Source: Fibrobacteria bacterium
Lineage (GTDB): Bacteria > Fibrobacterota > Fibrobacteria > UBA11236
Assembly (NCBI GenBank): GCA_041746255.1
Contig: JBGTHM010000060.1
Span: forward strand, 1-43,944
DNA length: 43,944 nucleotides
Reading direction: 5' to 3'
Made by a program: the position numbers and the translations under genes. The notes below the pieces were generated by a model. It saw only the letters and a program-made list of their open reading frames with translations, was not told the origin of the DNA and searched no databases. Shown piece by piece: positions 36,548 through 43,944 of this stretch (its first letter is position 1; each line of letters opens with the position of its first letter).

Positions 36548-38146
36548 TCAGAGCGACCCCCGCGACTCTTGTAAGGAGCGCATTCTCCGTCGCGAAAACT
36601 CGGGAAAAACGCCTTGTTGGTATTCTAACAGGAGGCTTCGATATTTGACAACGGCTTTATCGGCGGCTTGCAGCCGGGCTTCCAGAACGAAGGCCGCCAA
36701 TGCTCCGGCTTTGACCGCCAGCGGATTGGATCCCTTTCGGGAGAGCCTCTCCAAAAGCTCAAGCGCGGCATCCGGGCGTTCCAATTCCAGCAGCCGCAGG
36801 GCTCGTTCCATAGTCGCGTGCGGGAAGAGCGAAGAACCAGAGGGCACGCTTTCCAGGGATGCAAGCCGTTTCTCCACTGTTAAAGGCCCTTCTTCAAGGC
36901 CCTGGAAAAAGGCTTGGCGGACGACCGTGGACGTATCCAGCATCAGCCAGTTCCGGAGTTCGAGCGCACGCTGGGCTTCATATCCGCCGGTATAGGCCGA
37001 CGCCAGAATGAACAAGGAATCTGCCGCTGGATAGCGGTTTTGATAGAGCGCGGCTATGCCTTGCCAGAACAGGAGGGGACCGCTGCTTTCTTCGCGTAGG
37101 TCGCTGGCCTTTTCTTTTTCCAGCAGGCGCATGGCCTGATCGGGTTTTTCTGCCCGGAGCAGGGCTCTAGCCCGCAAGAGACGCGCGCGATGCTTCCACG
37201 GCGCCTCACCCGCGGCTTCCACCTTGTCCAGCAACGGCATAGCCCGGTTCGGGTCACCCTCCAGGATATGCGCATGGGCGAGGATGTATTGCTGCTCCAC
37301 CGAGAAAGCTGAAGCTTGCGAGGCTGAGGGGTGGGCCAGCAAGGATTTATAATCCTTCAATTCGAAGTATAGCCTGTGAAAGGCCAGTAACGCTTGCTTG
37401 CGTTCTTTCGCAGTGAGCTCGTTCCAGTCGATGCTTTCGAGAAGTCTTACGGCATAATCCAAATATCCGGCGTGACGGAAACGCTCCAGGGTGGTTTCGA
37501 CCTCATCCCAGGGGAGTGAATCGCGCTGAAGGCGTTTGCGGAAGTTCTCGAACGCTGCCGGTAGGTGATTCGACGACCAGGCAAGTATTTCGAGAGCGTT
37601 GTGGATCACCGGGGGCCCGCTGGGGAAAAAGTCGTTCAACGAGTCGATTAATACCTCGGGAGGAATCCAGGCGGATGCCTGTCGAATCAATTGGTCGAGC
37701 TGGTATTGCACGGGTACCGCCTGGTCGGGCTGTGCGGCGAGTTGGCGGAGGAAGGCACGTCCCGCCGCCGTAAAACGCGAATCGTGCAGGTAGACCTGGG
37801 CGAGTTCCCTCTCCAGAAAGCCGTCTCCCAAATTTTTGATTTCGGCTAGACGGGCGAGCGCCAGAGCCTGAGGGGTTTCTCTTTGCGCCCGGAATCGCGT
37901 TAGCCGCTCGCGGTACCATCGCGCATCGGCGGGTAGAGATTTTTTCAGGTGATTCCTAAAAAGAGTTTGCGAGGAATCGCTTCCCGCGTCGAGGCAGGGT
38001 TCAAGTCGCAGCCAGCCGTCCAGGTTTTCCTGCGGGTGGAATTTGTGCGGGAATTCGGAACAGATATCGGCGGCGGATTGTGAAAATGCGGGTGCGGTAA
38101 AAAATACCGCGAGTATAAACAGATTACGAATAGGTTGGGCGTGCAT
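36548..38146 (-). CDS. Exported TPR-like helical repeat protein
   Basis: Signal-peptide-like MHAQPIRNLFILAVFFTAPAFSQ from ATG 38146, followed by Ala/Leu-rich TPR-like repeats. Confidence 0.75.
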   Translation of the reverse strand: MHAQPIRNLFILAVFFTAPAFSQSAADICSEFPHKFHPQENLDGWLRLEPCLDAGSDSSQTLFRNHLKKSLPADARWYRERLTRFRAQRETPQALALARLAEIKNLGDGFLERELAQVYLHDSRFTAAGRAFLRQLAAQPDQAVPVQYQLDQLIRQASAWIPPEVLIDSLNDFFPSGPPVIHNALEILAWSSNHLPAAFENFRKRLQRDSLPWDEVETTLERFRHAGYLDYAVRLLESIDWNELTAKERKQALLAFHRLYFELKDYKSLLAHPSASQASAFSVEQQYILAHAHILEGDPNRAMPLLDKVEAAGEAPWKHRARLLRARALLRAEKPDQAMRLLEKEKASDLREESSGPLLFWQGIAALYQNRYPAADSLFILASAYTGGYEAQRALELRNWLMLDTSTVVRQAFFQGLEEGPLTVEKRLASLESVPSGSSLFPHATMERALRLLELERPDAALELLERLSRKGSNPLAVKAGALAAFVLEARLQAADKAVVKYRSLLLEYQQGVFPEFSRRRMRSLQESRGSL

Positions 38147-38189
38147 GCGGGTTCGGTGAAAATACAAAGCGTGAGGGGTAAGCACCCAG

Positions 38190-39314
38190 CTACTTCCAGC
38201 GATACCATCCAAAATGACCCATGATAACGGCTGCCAAAACGATGGGTATATGGAGAATTTCGGCCCACCAGGCATGCCGGAAGGCTTTTTCCTGGCGAAG
38301 CAGGCCTGAAGTTTGTTTAAGGAAAAAACAGTTGAGGCCGATTTTGAGCGCCATGGGAATAACGAAGGCTTTCCACGGGACCAGCCCTTTGTAAGCCAGG
38401 AACGGACTGAGAAGGAGCCACCAATAGAAGGCATAAATACAGCTCAGTAGGGCGACGAAGCCTTTCTGGTCGTAATGGGCTCCATTGCTCGCCCAACGCG
38501 CCCTTTGCTGCAACAATTCCTTCCAGGTATATACAGGTGTGGTTACCACGGAAGCATCCGGATCCAGATTGTATCCCACGCGCACACCCGGTTGAGTCAT
38601 CATTTTGTGTACCAGCAAATCGTCGTCTCCCGATACATAATCGTTCAGACCCTCAAACCCTCCCACCTTCTCATAAAGGTCTTTGCGGTAGGCCAGGGAA
38701 GGGGCGCTGGCCAATACCGGCCGTCCCATGGCGAAGCTTGCGGCTTCGATGCTGACCAAGGCGAAGATTTCCGTTTCCTGGTATTGAGTCAGGAGGCCGG
38801 CGGGCCCCACGATGCGCTTGGGTCCCTGCACGATGTCCACTCCCGGAGCGAAGGCTCGGGCCATGGAAGACATCCAATTGGGTGGGGGCAGGCAATCGGC
38901 GTCGGTTGTCATGAGGATGTCGCCCTGCGCCTGCGCGAAGCCCCGGGCCAACGCCCTTTTCTTTCCGCTGGTCACCTCGGGCTCGTCAAGACCAATGCTT
39001 ACTTGCGAAAATCTGGAGTTCTGCTGCAAAAATTCGGATAAAATGGTTGGCGTCGCATCGGTAGAGCGGTCGTTGACGCAAATGATTTCCCACCAGCCTG
39101 CGTAATTTTGGCACGCCAGCGCTCGCAAAGTTTGGAGAGCATGGCGCTCTTCGTTGCGTAAGGGAACGATGACGCTGATCCGGGGCAGGGGCGAGGTATC
39201 CCCGGTAGTTTGAGCGCGCGCATTTCCCCTCAGGACACGACTTCCCAGCCAAAGCCAGCCCACGAAAGCAGAGTAAATCGAGGTCAGAAAAATCGCGAGG
39301 GCATTGAGTATGAT
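38190..39314 (-). CDS. Membrane GT2 family glycosyltransferase
   Basis: ISVIVPLRNE, VNDRSTD, GKKRAL, TDADC (DxD), GDDD, QRARW (QxxRW) and C-terminal TM helices. Start proposed at ATC 39314; GTG 39263 is the canonical alternative. Confidence 0.88.
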   Translation of the reverse strand: MILNALAIFLTSIYSAFVGWLWLGSRVLRGNARAQTTGDTSPLPRISVIVPLRNEERHALQTLRALACQNYAGWWEIICVNDRSTDATPTILSEFLQQNSRFSQVSIGLDEPEVTSGKKRALARGFAQAQGDILMTTDADCLPPPNWMSSMARAFAPGVDIVQGPKRIVGPAGLLTQYQETEIFALVSIEAASFAMGRPVLASAPSLAYRKDLYEKVGGFEGLNDYVSGDDDLLVHKMMTQPGVRVGYNLDPDASVVTTPVYTWKELLQQRARWASNGAHYDQKGFVALLSCIYAFYWWLLLSPFLAYKGLVPWKAFVIPMALKIGLNCFFLKQTSGLLRQEKAFRHAWWAEILHIPIVLAAVIMGHFGWYRWK

Positions 39315-39336
39315 GGTGACGCTCCCAAAATGGTTT

Positions 39337-39408
39337 CCAAAGATATTAATTGTTCCCGCGCCGGTAATAAAGTGCCTCCGATTGGGGTAGGGTGAATGTT
39401 ATCTTTGG
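39337..39408. promoter_or_regulatory. Back-to-back divergent promoter elements TATCTTTGG
   Basis: TATCTTTGG on + at 39400-39408 (before pyk) and on - at 39345-39337 (before the GT2 gene). Confidence 0.5.
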
Positions 39409-39412
39409 GCCT

Positions 39413-40807
39413 ATGAAGCAAAGACAAGCCAAAATTCTTGTGACGATGGGACCCGCCATCGCGCATCCCGACATATTGGAAAAAGTTCTGCTGGCCGGCG
39501 CCGACGCCGTAAGGCTGAATATGTCGCATGGCACCCATGAAGACCATGCCGCCAATCTCGCCCTGGTGCGAAAAACCGCGCATGATTTGAAGCGGCCTTG
39601 CTCGATTCTGGCCGATTTGATGGGGCCGAAAATTCGGGTTGAGAATCAGAGTTATACTCTTGTTCCCGATGCGGAGGTGGATCTCGTAGCGGGGAAGGGG
39701 ACCCAACCCGGACAAATAGGCATCTCCCATACGACGCTCTACCAATTGGTAGCGCCGGGTCAACGCATTCTGCTGGATGACGGCCAACTCGAGCTCAAGG
39801 TGCTGGCGGTGAACGCTCCGAAAATCCGTTGCAAGGTGGTGCATGGAGGATTGCTCAAGCCCCGAAAATCCTTGAATGTTCCCGGTATCGACATGAAGCT
39901 TCCCATACTCAGCGCCAAGGATAAAGCGGATCTCAAATTTCTCAGTGGCGCGGGAGTCGATTGGTTGGCCGCCTCTTTCGTGCGACATGCCGCGGACGTG
40001 ATTTCCATTAAAAAATACCTGCGCAAACTGGGAATGGATTTACCCGTCATTTCAAAAATCGAGAATTTACAGGCTCTCGAAAATCTGGATGAAATTATCG
40101 AGGCTTCCGAAGGAGTCATGGTTGCCCGTGGTGATCTGGGCGTTGAAGTCAATCTCGAAGTCATACCGGCGTTACAGCATAAAATCGTTTTCAGAGCCCG
40201 CCAAGCCGGCAAAGTCGCCATCGTGGCCACGCAAATGCTGGAATCGATGATTTCGAACCCCAAACCCACGAGGGCGGAAATTTCCGACGTTTCCACGGCC
40301 GCCCTGGAAAGGGTGGATGCCTTGATGCTTTCGGCGGAAACCGCCGCTGGACAGTATCCGGTCGAAGCGGTTTCCTACATGAACCGGACCATCCGGGCCG
40401 CGGAAAGCGTGCTTGAAGAGGATATGGTCACCGTCAACCATCCGGAGAAAATGGCCGCAGCATGTGCGAGCGGACTGTATTTCGGGCGCATTATCGAGGC
40501 TAGGGCCATAGTCGCCGTGAGTACCTTCGGAAAAACGCCGCGCATCCTTTCCAGTTTCCGGGGCAATATGGTTGTCATCCTGGCTTGCACCGACGAAGCC
40601 GTTTACCAACGCAGCGCTCTTTATTATTCGATCCAAGGCGTACTCGTCAAGCCCAACAAAGAGCCGTCGCAAATTTTCAAGCATCTTGAACCGGTTTTGA
40701 AAGAGAAGGGGTTCGTGAAAAAAGGCGATGCGGTGGTCTACCTGTTCGGATATCCCTTCCACGAGCGTAACGGCACCAATAGCATTCGCCGCATGGAAAT
40801 CGGTTGA
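39413..40807 (+). CDS. pyk: Pyruvate kinase
   Basis: RLNMSHG, DLMGPKIR, SKIE, MVARGDLGVE, ATQMLESM and MLSAETA motifs; start ATG 39413. Confidence 0.96.
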   Translation: MKQRQAKILVTMGPAIAHPDILEKVLLAGADAVRLNMSHGTHEDHAANLALVRKTAHDLKRPCSILADLMGPKIRVENQSYTLVPDAEVDLVAGKGTQPGQIGISHTTLYQLVAPGQRILLDDGQLELKVLAVNAPKIRCKVVHGGLLKPRKSLNVPGIDMKLPILSAKDKADLKFLSGAGVDWLAASFVRHAADVISIKKYLRKLGMDLPVISKIENLQALENLDEIIEASEGVMVARGDLGVEVNLEVIPALQHKIVFRARQAGKVAIVATQMLESMISNPKPTRAEISDVSTAALERVDALMLSAETAAGQYPVEAVSYMNRTIRAAESVLEEDMVTVNHPEKMAAACASGLYFGRIIEARAIVAVSTFGKTPRILSSFRGNMVVILACTDEAVYQRSALYYSIQGVLVKPNKEPSQIFKHLEPVLKEKGFVKKGDAVVYLFGYPFHERNGTNSIRRMEIG

Positions 40808-40831
40808 CGAGTTCCGCGATAATACGACGGG

Positions 40832-41494
40832 TCAGGGCTTGAAATGGATGGGTGAATATTCCTCGCGCGCCGGCACGGAATAAAAGCGATTCTCCTCGGG
40901 GCACCAACCGGTAAGCGCCTTTCCGTAGACGCATCCCGAATCCAGTCCCTTGAAACCCGGCAAATCGATAACACCCTTCGATGCCCAGTGCCCGAAAACC
41001 ACCGTCTTTTGGGGTTTCACTATCTCATACCAGGGGGGATCACCCGGTCGGTTCAGGTTTTCCCCCTTGCCGTCCCAGGTCCGGATGGAAATCAGTATAT
41101 CCGGATCCATCTCGGTCAGTTTTAGCTTTCCCGGTTCAAGCCCGGCATGAACGAGAATGATGTCGGGCATTTCCACGAAATAGGGCCACGAGGAGATCAC
41201 TTGCGCCCATTGCTTCCAGTCTTTCCCCAAGCCCGAGCGATTTTTGGCCGTCACGGTGTCGCCGCTTTTGACGGCACGCAGGAAAATCTCTTCATGGTTT
41301 CCCCGTACGGTCTGCACTTTGAGCTCCTGCATGCGACGTAACAGGCCGGATACATCCGGCCCTTTGCCCACCACGTCCCCCACGGAAAAAAGGCGGTCGC
41401 GGCCCGGTACGAATTCGAACATTTCGAGCATGGCCTCGAATTCAACGAGGCATCCGTGCATATCTCCCAGGAATAGGCGTCTGGATGCATTCAT
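40832..41494 (-). CDS. PPP-family metallophosphoesterase, ApaH/PrpE-like
   Basis: GDMHG, GDVVGKG, RGNHE, VHAG, FGHW and LDSGCVYG motifs. Confidence 0.88.
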   Translation of the reverse strand: MNASRRLFLGDMHGCLVEFEAMLEMFEFVPGRDRLFSVGDVVGKGPDVSGLLRRMQELKVQTVRGNHEEIFLRAVKSGDTVTAKNRSGLGKDWKQWAQVISSWPYFVEMPDIILVHAGLEPGKLKLTEMDPDILISIRTWDGKGENLNRPGDPPWYEIVKPQKTVVFGHWASKGVIDLPGFKGLDSGCVYGKALTGWCPEENRFYSVPAREEYSPIHFKP

Positions 41495-41540
41495 GAGTGC
41501 TGACGGATAGGGCCCGGAAAGGGACCGGGAACCGGAACCC

Positions 41541-42362
41541 TTACCAATATTCCTCGGTGTGCAGGCTGCCTTGCGCTTGCAGACTGTGGATGGAATACCC
41601 CCGGGGCTCGAGGAGATGGGTGACTTCTTCGATCATTAACGGGTTGCCACAGAGAAAGACGGAGGTTTGCGTGGGGTCGAGCGGTAGAGAGAATTTTTCC
41701 GCAAAAACGTTGTCCTTGAAATAACCGGAGACGCGGCCTGTTTCGCCGGTCCACCACTTATCGACTAGCGTGCGCGTTATGGAAGGGATATAAGTCAAAT
41801 TGGGCAAGGCTTTGGCCAGGAGATTAATCTCTTCGAGGTAACCCAACTCCCAGGAATGGGGGGCTCCTTGTATCAGGATGAAGCGGAAGTCATGGCGCTT
41901 TTGCGCGACGATTTCGTGTCTGAGCATGGAAAGGTAAGGTGCGAGGCCGGTGCCGGTTGAGGCCATGACCACGGTTTTATGCGAGGCGGGTACATGATCC
42001 AGGGTAAAAAATCCCCTGATCTTGTCGCCTAGCATCAGTCTGTCTCCAGGACCCAGCAGCACTAATCGCGGGGTCAAAGATCCGTTCGCGACAACGGAGA
42101 TGAAGAATTCCAAGGTTTCCGTTTGGTGGCCCGGAGAAGCAATGGAATAGGCCCGTAAAACCATGCGACCGGGTTTGGCTTCTTTGAATTCGATATCGCT
42201 GCCTTCACGGCGGGGTACGTCGGAGGAAAGGCCGAGCAGCATGTATTGGCCGGAAACGAAGGGGGATTGGGCCGAGTCGGGCTTCACCTTGAGAATGAAA
42301 AGATCGGGGGTGAGCATATGTTTTGCCACGACGGTGGCATTATATTTTTCGGAGGCGTCCAT
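41541..42362 (-). CDS. fpr: Ferredoxin/flavodoxin--NADP+ reductase, bacterial type
   Basis: RAYSIAS, GTGLAPYLSM, CGNP and terminal EEYW; GAGGAG SD. Confidence 0.9.
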   Translation of the reverse strand: MDASEKYNATVVAKHMLTPDLFILKVKPDSAQSPFVSGQYMLLGLSSDVPRREGSDIEFKEAKPGRMVLRAYSIASPGHQTETLEFFISVVANGSLTPRLVLLGPGDRLMLGDKIRGFFTLDHVPASHKTVVMASTGTGLAPYLSMLRHEIVAQKRHDFRFILIQGAPHSWELGYLEEINLLAKALPNLTYIPSITRTLVDKWWTGETGRVSGYFKDNVFAEKFSLPLDPTQTSVFLCGNPLMIEEVTHLLEPRGYSIHSLQAQGSLHTEEYW

Positions 42363-42540
42363 CCGAAGTCTCCTCTCCCTGAACCTACGGGCCGGGATGC
42401 TTTCCGGGCGCAGTGCGGGATGATTTGCTAATTTGGTCCCGAGCCTGTTCGCTTTCCAAAACGGCTTTCCGAAATAAAGATCCTTTAAGCACAGGCAAAC
42501 GTCAACCGGTTGCAGGATTTTTTCCCTCGTCAGGCTACCT

Positions 42541-42876
42541 ATGAGCTACGTAATCAACAACCGTATTCCCCGCTTCCCCATCCTCCCGGGTTATGGGGAT
42601 GAAAGCGATAAGCGCGCGCGCTTAAGCGATGCGGTGCAATTGTGGTTGGTAGAACGCTATATCTCGAATTTGACCCGGCGGAAAATCTGTTCTCGGCTGT
42701 ATGATTTCTCCGTGCATATGCAGGATGTGGGTTTGCCGCTGGAATTAACCCGCGCATCCGATTGGGAAGCTTTTGCCGCAAACGCTCCACTTCCCGCGCC
42801 GGTGGATTTCGGAGAGTTTCTCAGCTATGCCCGGAATGCGCTTCCGGACTTGGCCTGGGAACGACTGAAGGCCTGA
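42541..42876 (+). CDS. Hypothetical 111-aa protein resembling a tyrosine-recombinase N-terminal (core-binding, SAM-like) domain
   Basis: Fills the fpr-pyrF gap without overlap; residue pattern ERxISxxT..LxxF..GLxL..DWxxF resembles XerC/XerD N-terminal helices. SD is weak. Confidence 0.6.
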   Translation: MSYVINNRIPRFPILPGYGDESDKRARLSDAVQLWLVERYISNLTRRKICSRLYDFSVHMQDVGLPLELTRASDWEAFAANAPLPAPVDFGEFLSYARNALPDLAWERLKA

Positions 42877-43004
42877 CGCCCCGCCGGCAGCGTTTCCGGT
42901 TTCCCATACAGCCGGTTCCCAAGGTCGGACAGAATTCCTATCTATTGCGGTTATTTCGCTTTCGCTTCCGGGGCTGGAGCGCGGCGGGCTGCGAGAGGAA
43001 GGCC

Positions 43005-43889
43005 ATGAGTAAACTGATAAGGGAGTTGCGATACATCGACAGGGTAAAGGCTCGAGCCCGGGAAGCTGGAAACACTTTATGCGTGGGCCTCGATCCGGTT
43101 ATGGAAAAAATACCCACGCGCGGCGAATCACCGGCGGATAAGATCCGACGCTTCTACGAAGCGATGCTGAACGCCATGGCCAAACGGAAATTGCTTCCTT
43201 GCGCCGTAAAGCCGAACATGGCCTATTATGAATCGTTGGATTTGGAATGCCTGGCTGCAATGCAGGCCATCATGCGCGATTTTCAGGGCGAAGGGGTTTT
43301 GGCCATTCTCGACGCCAAGCGCGGCGATATCTCCACTTCTTCCACGGGCTATGCCAAAATGGCCTTCCAGGTTTATGGCTCCGATGCGGTGACGGTGAAT
43401 CCCTATATGGGATTCGATAGTGTGGAGCCTTTTCTGGATTTCGGGTCCCGGGGTGTTTATGTGCTGGTGCGAACCTCCAACCCCAGTGCGCGCGACTTCC
43501 AGGATTTATTGGTTAAAACCGAAGAGGGTTTCGTGCCGCTGTATCGAGTCGTCGCCTCGCGTTTACTGAAATGGAATAACGGGAACCTGGGAGCCGTAGT
43601 GGGCGCGACGGCGCCGGCTGAACTGGAATGGCTTTTGTCGTTCTGGAAAAACCATGGCCAGGATATTCCGACCTTGATCCCGGGCGTAGCTGTGGGCGGG
43701 GTGTCGGGAGGGCAAACCGGAAGCCTCAAGGAAGTAGTCAAGGCCATACGCAACTCCGGCAGTGAATTCCATTGCCATCTGATCAACAGCAGTTCGGGAA
43801 TCAACTACGCTTACGAAAAATATTCGGAGTTGAAGCCTGCCGAAGCCTCGGTGAAGGCTTTGGAAACGATGATGGAAGAAATGGCCTGA
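43005..43889 (+). CDS. pyrF: Orotidine-5'-phosphate decarboxylase (subfamily 2)
   Basis: LCVGLDP, KPNMAYYE, DAKRGDI, VTVNPYMG, VRTSNP, GAVVGAT and LIPG motifs; GAGGAAGG upstream of ATG 43005. Confidence 0.95.
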   Translation: MSKLIRELRYIDRVKARAREAGNTLCVGLDPVMEKIPTRGESPADKIRRFYEAMLNAMAKRKLLPCAVKPNMAYYESLDLECLAAMQAIMRDFQGEGVLAILDAKRGDISTSSTGYAKMAFQVYGSDAVTVNPYMGFDSVEPFLDFGSRGVYVLVRTSNPSARDFQDLLVKTEEGFVPLYRVVASRLLKWNNGNLGAVVGATAPAELEWLLSFWKNHGQDIPTLIPGVAVGGVSGGQTGSLKEVVKAIRNSGSEFHCHLINSSSGINYAYEKYSELKPAEASVKALETMMEEMA

Positions 43890-43944
43890 ATAAGTTGCAT
43901 TCCGCTGGAGACACACCGTAGCGGAGGGCCGGAGCCCGAGGCAG

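Noticed and set aside
41495..41540. Short CCGG(G)AA repeats between fpr and the ApaH-like gene
   Set aside because: Three degenerate 6-7-mers in GC-rich DNA, too short for a CRISPR, REP or iteron call.
42489..42520. GCACAGGCAAAC resembling the start of a c-di-GMP-I riboswitch
   Set aside because: No GNRA-capped stem, no downstream ACGCAAAG segment and no third stem.
43901..43937. Hairpins after pyrF (TCCGCT/AGCGGA and GGGC/GCCC)
   Set aside because: No U-tract and cut off by the window edge; could be the end of a convergent gene.

Overview
This is a gene-dense bacterial chromosomal window made mostly of housekeeping genes. I found no rRNA, tRNA, CRISPR array, transposase or phage gene. Gene content and the sulfatase C-terminal tails suggest an FCB-group organism, possibly Fibrobacterota (inference only). 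Left part: a partial PpiD-like chaperone absent from the ORF track, nadB, a vWA membrane protein, and a shortened dcw cluster (mraZ-rsmH-ftsL-ftsI-murE-murF-ftsW-murC-ftsQ-ftsA-ftsZ; no mraY, murD, murG, murB or ddl) followed by hemW. Middle: two tandem secreted sulfatase paralogs, a metallophosphoesterase divergent from dinB, a PAS-PP2C phosphatase, an FAA hydrolase, a hybrid histidine kinase and a HisN/IMPase. Right: a minus-strand run (GT2, TPR protein, small protein, GH57, small membrane protein, nnr), then pyk, an ApaH-like phosphatase, fpr, a 111-aa orphan and pyrF. I cannot demonstrate a complete new system. The best leads are: (1) the 111-aa orphan looks like a stand-alone XerD-type core-binding domain with no catalytic domain; (2) FtsI lacks about 60 residues of its non-catalytic head region; (3) the sulfatase pair shows a gene-conversion-like mosaic and T9SS-like tails; (4) a recurring -10-like hexamer 6-8 nt before ATG implies leaderless mRNAs; (5) the GT2 gene probably starts at ATC. 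All assignments come from reading motifs by eye; no searches were run.
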